From Felis catus (taxonomy: Eukaryota), in NCBI RefSeq assembly GCF_018350175.1, contig NC_058368.1, positions 80,664,001 through 80,728,000 of the forward strand: a stretch of 64,000 bases of DNA. The letters run 5' to 3'. The number at the start of each line of letters is the position of its first letter. The stretch's first letter is position 1. The notes below the pieces were generated by a model. The model did not search any database. It had not been told where the DNA came from and saw only the letters and a list, made by a program, of their open reading frames with translations. The position numbers and the translations under genes are program-made. Shown here piece after piece: positions 61,973-64,000 of the stretch.

Positions 61973-63149
61973 GAAGAATGAGCCTTGTTCTTGACAGCAC
62001 CTGATTTACCAGTGTCTGTAAGGAACCCAGAAAAGAACACAAAGTCTCAAGAATTTTTTGTCCTGGAAGAGGCGTCACTGTTCTACAAGTGGGGATATCG
62101 TTTCTGCATGGGGACAAGTGTTCATCCTCTCTCCATCCTTGCACTGTTCACACAGGAGTTGCGTGGGCGAGGCTTTTTCTTAACTTCTAACTTGTTTCAG
62201 GCTCGAGAGGCTGGGCCGTCTGTGGGAAGAGTCTGGGCAGTGAGCCCTGCATCTGGGTTCTCACTGAGCCCTCAAGATATTTTTCATTTCCTTGACATCT
62301 TTCTCATTCAAGACGGCAAGCGAGCCTTTGTGCTGTGTAAGTTGTAGTATTCGGTGACAGGGTATTGGGAGTTCTTTGTGCGCATAATTCTATGTTAGGA
62401 AAACCTTTCACCAGCTTCTTAAATTGGCTGGTTTGAAGTGCACATTGTGTTGTGGCATAATCTGTATTATTAAGAATATGAACTTGGGAAATTAGCATCA
62501 GATCTTTGAGAACAAATTGGGAATCCAAAGAGAAGGACTTACTGTCATTCTTTAGTCTTTAGGGCACGTTATTTAACACGTCACTTTTTTCCAAATGTTT
62601 GACTTCTGTTTCTTCACGGGAATCATGCAGATGATTTCAAAACTTTAAACTGCATCTGGGGGCGAACTTACCAAGAGATTTCTGAAAGAAAATTATACTT
62701 TCTTCAGTTGCTGCCATTTCTCTGTGACCAATCACAATATCTTGTTTATGATACACCATACATATCGTTTATAACAGATTGTGTGCTGGCCAGCTCCTGT
62801 GCAGAGAGAGTCACGGAGATGCAGTCTCTGCCTCCAGGAACTTGACACCAAGGACCAAAAATACTTGCACCTGTAAAGATGCGGAAGCTATACTGAGACT
62901 TGAATACTCACACATGGTCCATGTGCGTGTGTCTCTTCAATGGCTTCACTCACATAAATTCTAAATTTACACCATGAAGTAAGGGATCCACTGAGGAGCA
63001 TATATTCCCTGGAATTCAAGAATTTGAGGGCTCCTTTCTTGTCCCTTAAAAGCTCCTGGTTTGCTCGTTCACTTGGGTCCTTGCATTCAATTCATTCAGC
63101 ATCACTCAAAGTATACTTTCTCTGAGCCAAGCCCTTTGCCTACACCCTT

Positions 63150-63655
63150 GTATTAGTTATTGTTGCAGAACAAATTGCTCAAAATTTAGCTAAATAAGGT
63201 CACATTCATAGGTACCAGAGGTTTGGACCAACAGATCACTTGGGGGGGGGGCACAATTCCTAAATTGTGTCTAAATGATCTAAAGTGATGGCTTAGAAGC
63301 TTAGTTGGATGGTGTGGGGCTTGGCCACTCATCCATCCGAGGGCCCGACCAGAACTGAAAGGTCTTCTCCAAAGTGGCTCCCTTTGTGGGCACGTGGTTC
63401 TGACGGTTAACAGGAACCCCTTTCCCATGCCCTGAGGTCTGCTTCCCTGTCCTTATGACATGACTGTCTCTTTCCAGAGCGAGTGACCTGAGAAAGCTGG
63501 GTAGAAGCCACAGTGACACTCTGACCTAGCCTTAGAAGTTACATCCTGGTTCAGAGGTAATGCTATCTCTGCCCCATGGAGGTGTCTGTACCGACCTGCG
63601 TGTGAATACCAGGAGGCAAGCCCTCCCGCAGGCCATCTTAGAGGCTGGTTGTTCT
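63150..63655. mobile_element. MLT1-type (ERVL-MaLR) solo LTR remnant(s)
   Basis: tgtattagtt start; taaataaggtcacattcataggtacc, ctgacctagccttagaagt and gtgtgaataccaggagg motifs. Confidence 0.6.
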
Positions 63656-64000
63656 AGCCCTGGGGATGGAGAGGTGAACTCAGGTGAACACATTGCCCTG
63701 GGAAAGGCATCCCTGAGAGAAGCCCCGGCTGATTAGAACAGAGCCTCCAACAAGTAGCTCGCCAGTTGGTTCACTGCTGTGGTGTGCTGGTGACCACACA
63801 GGCCAGCCCCCCACCCCCTCCGTCCTCTGCCTGATGCACGCTTGACCACGGAGCACCCTTCCTATGCCTGACCATCCCCTACTGAGCTCATATCAATATG
63901 AGAAAATTAAGCATTTGGCTTCAGCCCCCTTCAGTTTTCTGACTTCAGCCCCCACGGAAAGGATCCCGGAGGCCCCGTCCGTTCTCAGAGACCCTCTGGC

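Overview
Mammalian genomic DNA from a cat-family (felid) animal, judged from abundant CanSINE/SINEC_Fc-type elements and a young L1_Fc-type LINE. It is not prokaryotic: there is no CRISPR, operon, rRNA or tRNA gene, and nearly all ORFs in the supplied track are spurious or exon read-throughs. The + strand carries the 3' part of ARHGEF7 (beta-PIX/Cool-1). Fifteen core coding exons (4809-42984) splice in a consistent frame to 550 aa: DH, PH, proline-rich, GIT-binding, coiled coil and the C-terminal PDZ ligand ETNL. An additional 177-nt cassette/terminal exon lies at 33237. The 5' part of the testis gene TEX29 follows, with a putative promoter near 50.3-50.55 kb and coding exons at 50700-50757 and 54341-54451. 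The rest is intronic or intergenic sequence with about 18 SINEs, L1 fragments (two with 5' inversions), old DNA transposons, an MLT1 LTR, and micro/minisatellites. I could not support a wholly new biological system. The best leads are regulatory or evolutionary: a ~146-nt AG-free zone with a candidate distant branch point before the dual-use neuronal exon, a compact trefoil-like six-cysteine module in TEX29, a palindromic twin CRE-variant upstream of TEX29, a C-rich minisatellite expanded inside a SINE, and sharp exon-to-exon GC3 mosaicism. Gene and repeat-family names come from recognition, not database searches. Repeat boundaries are approximate.
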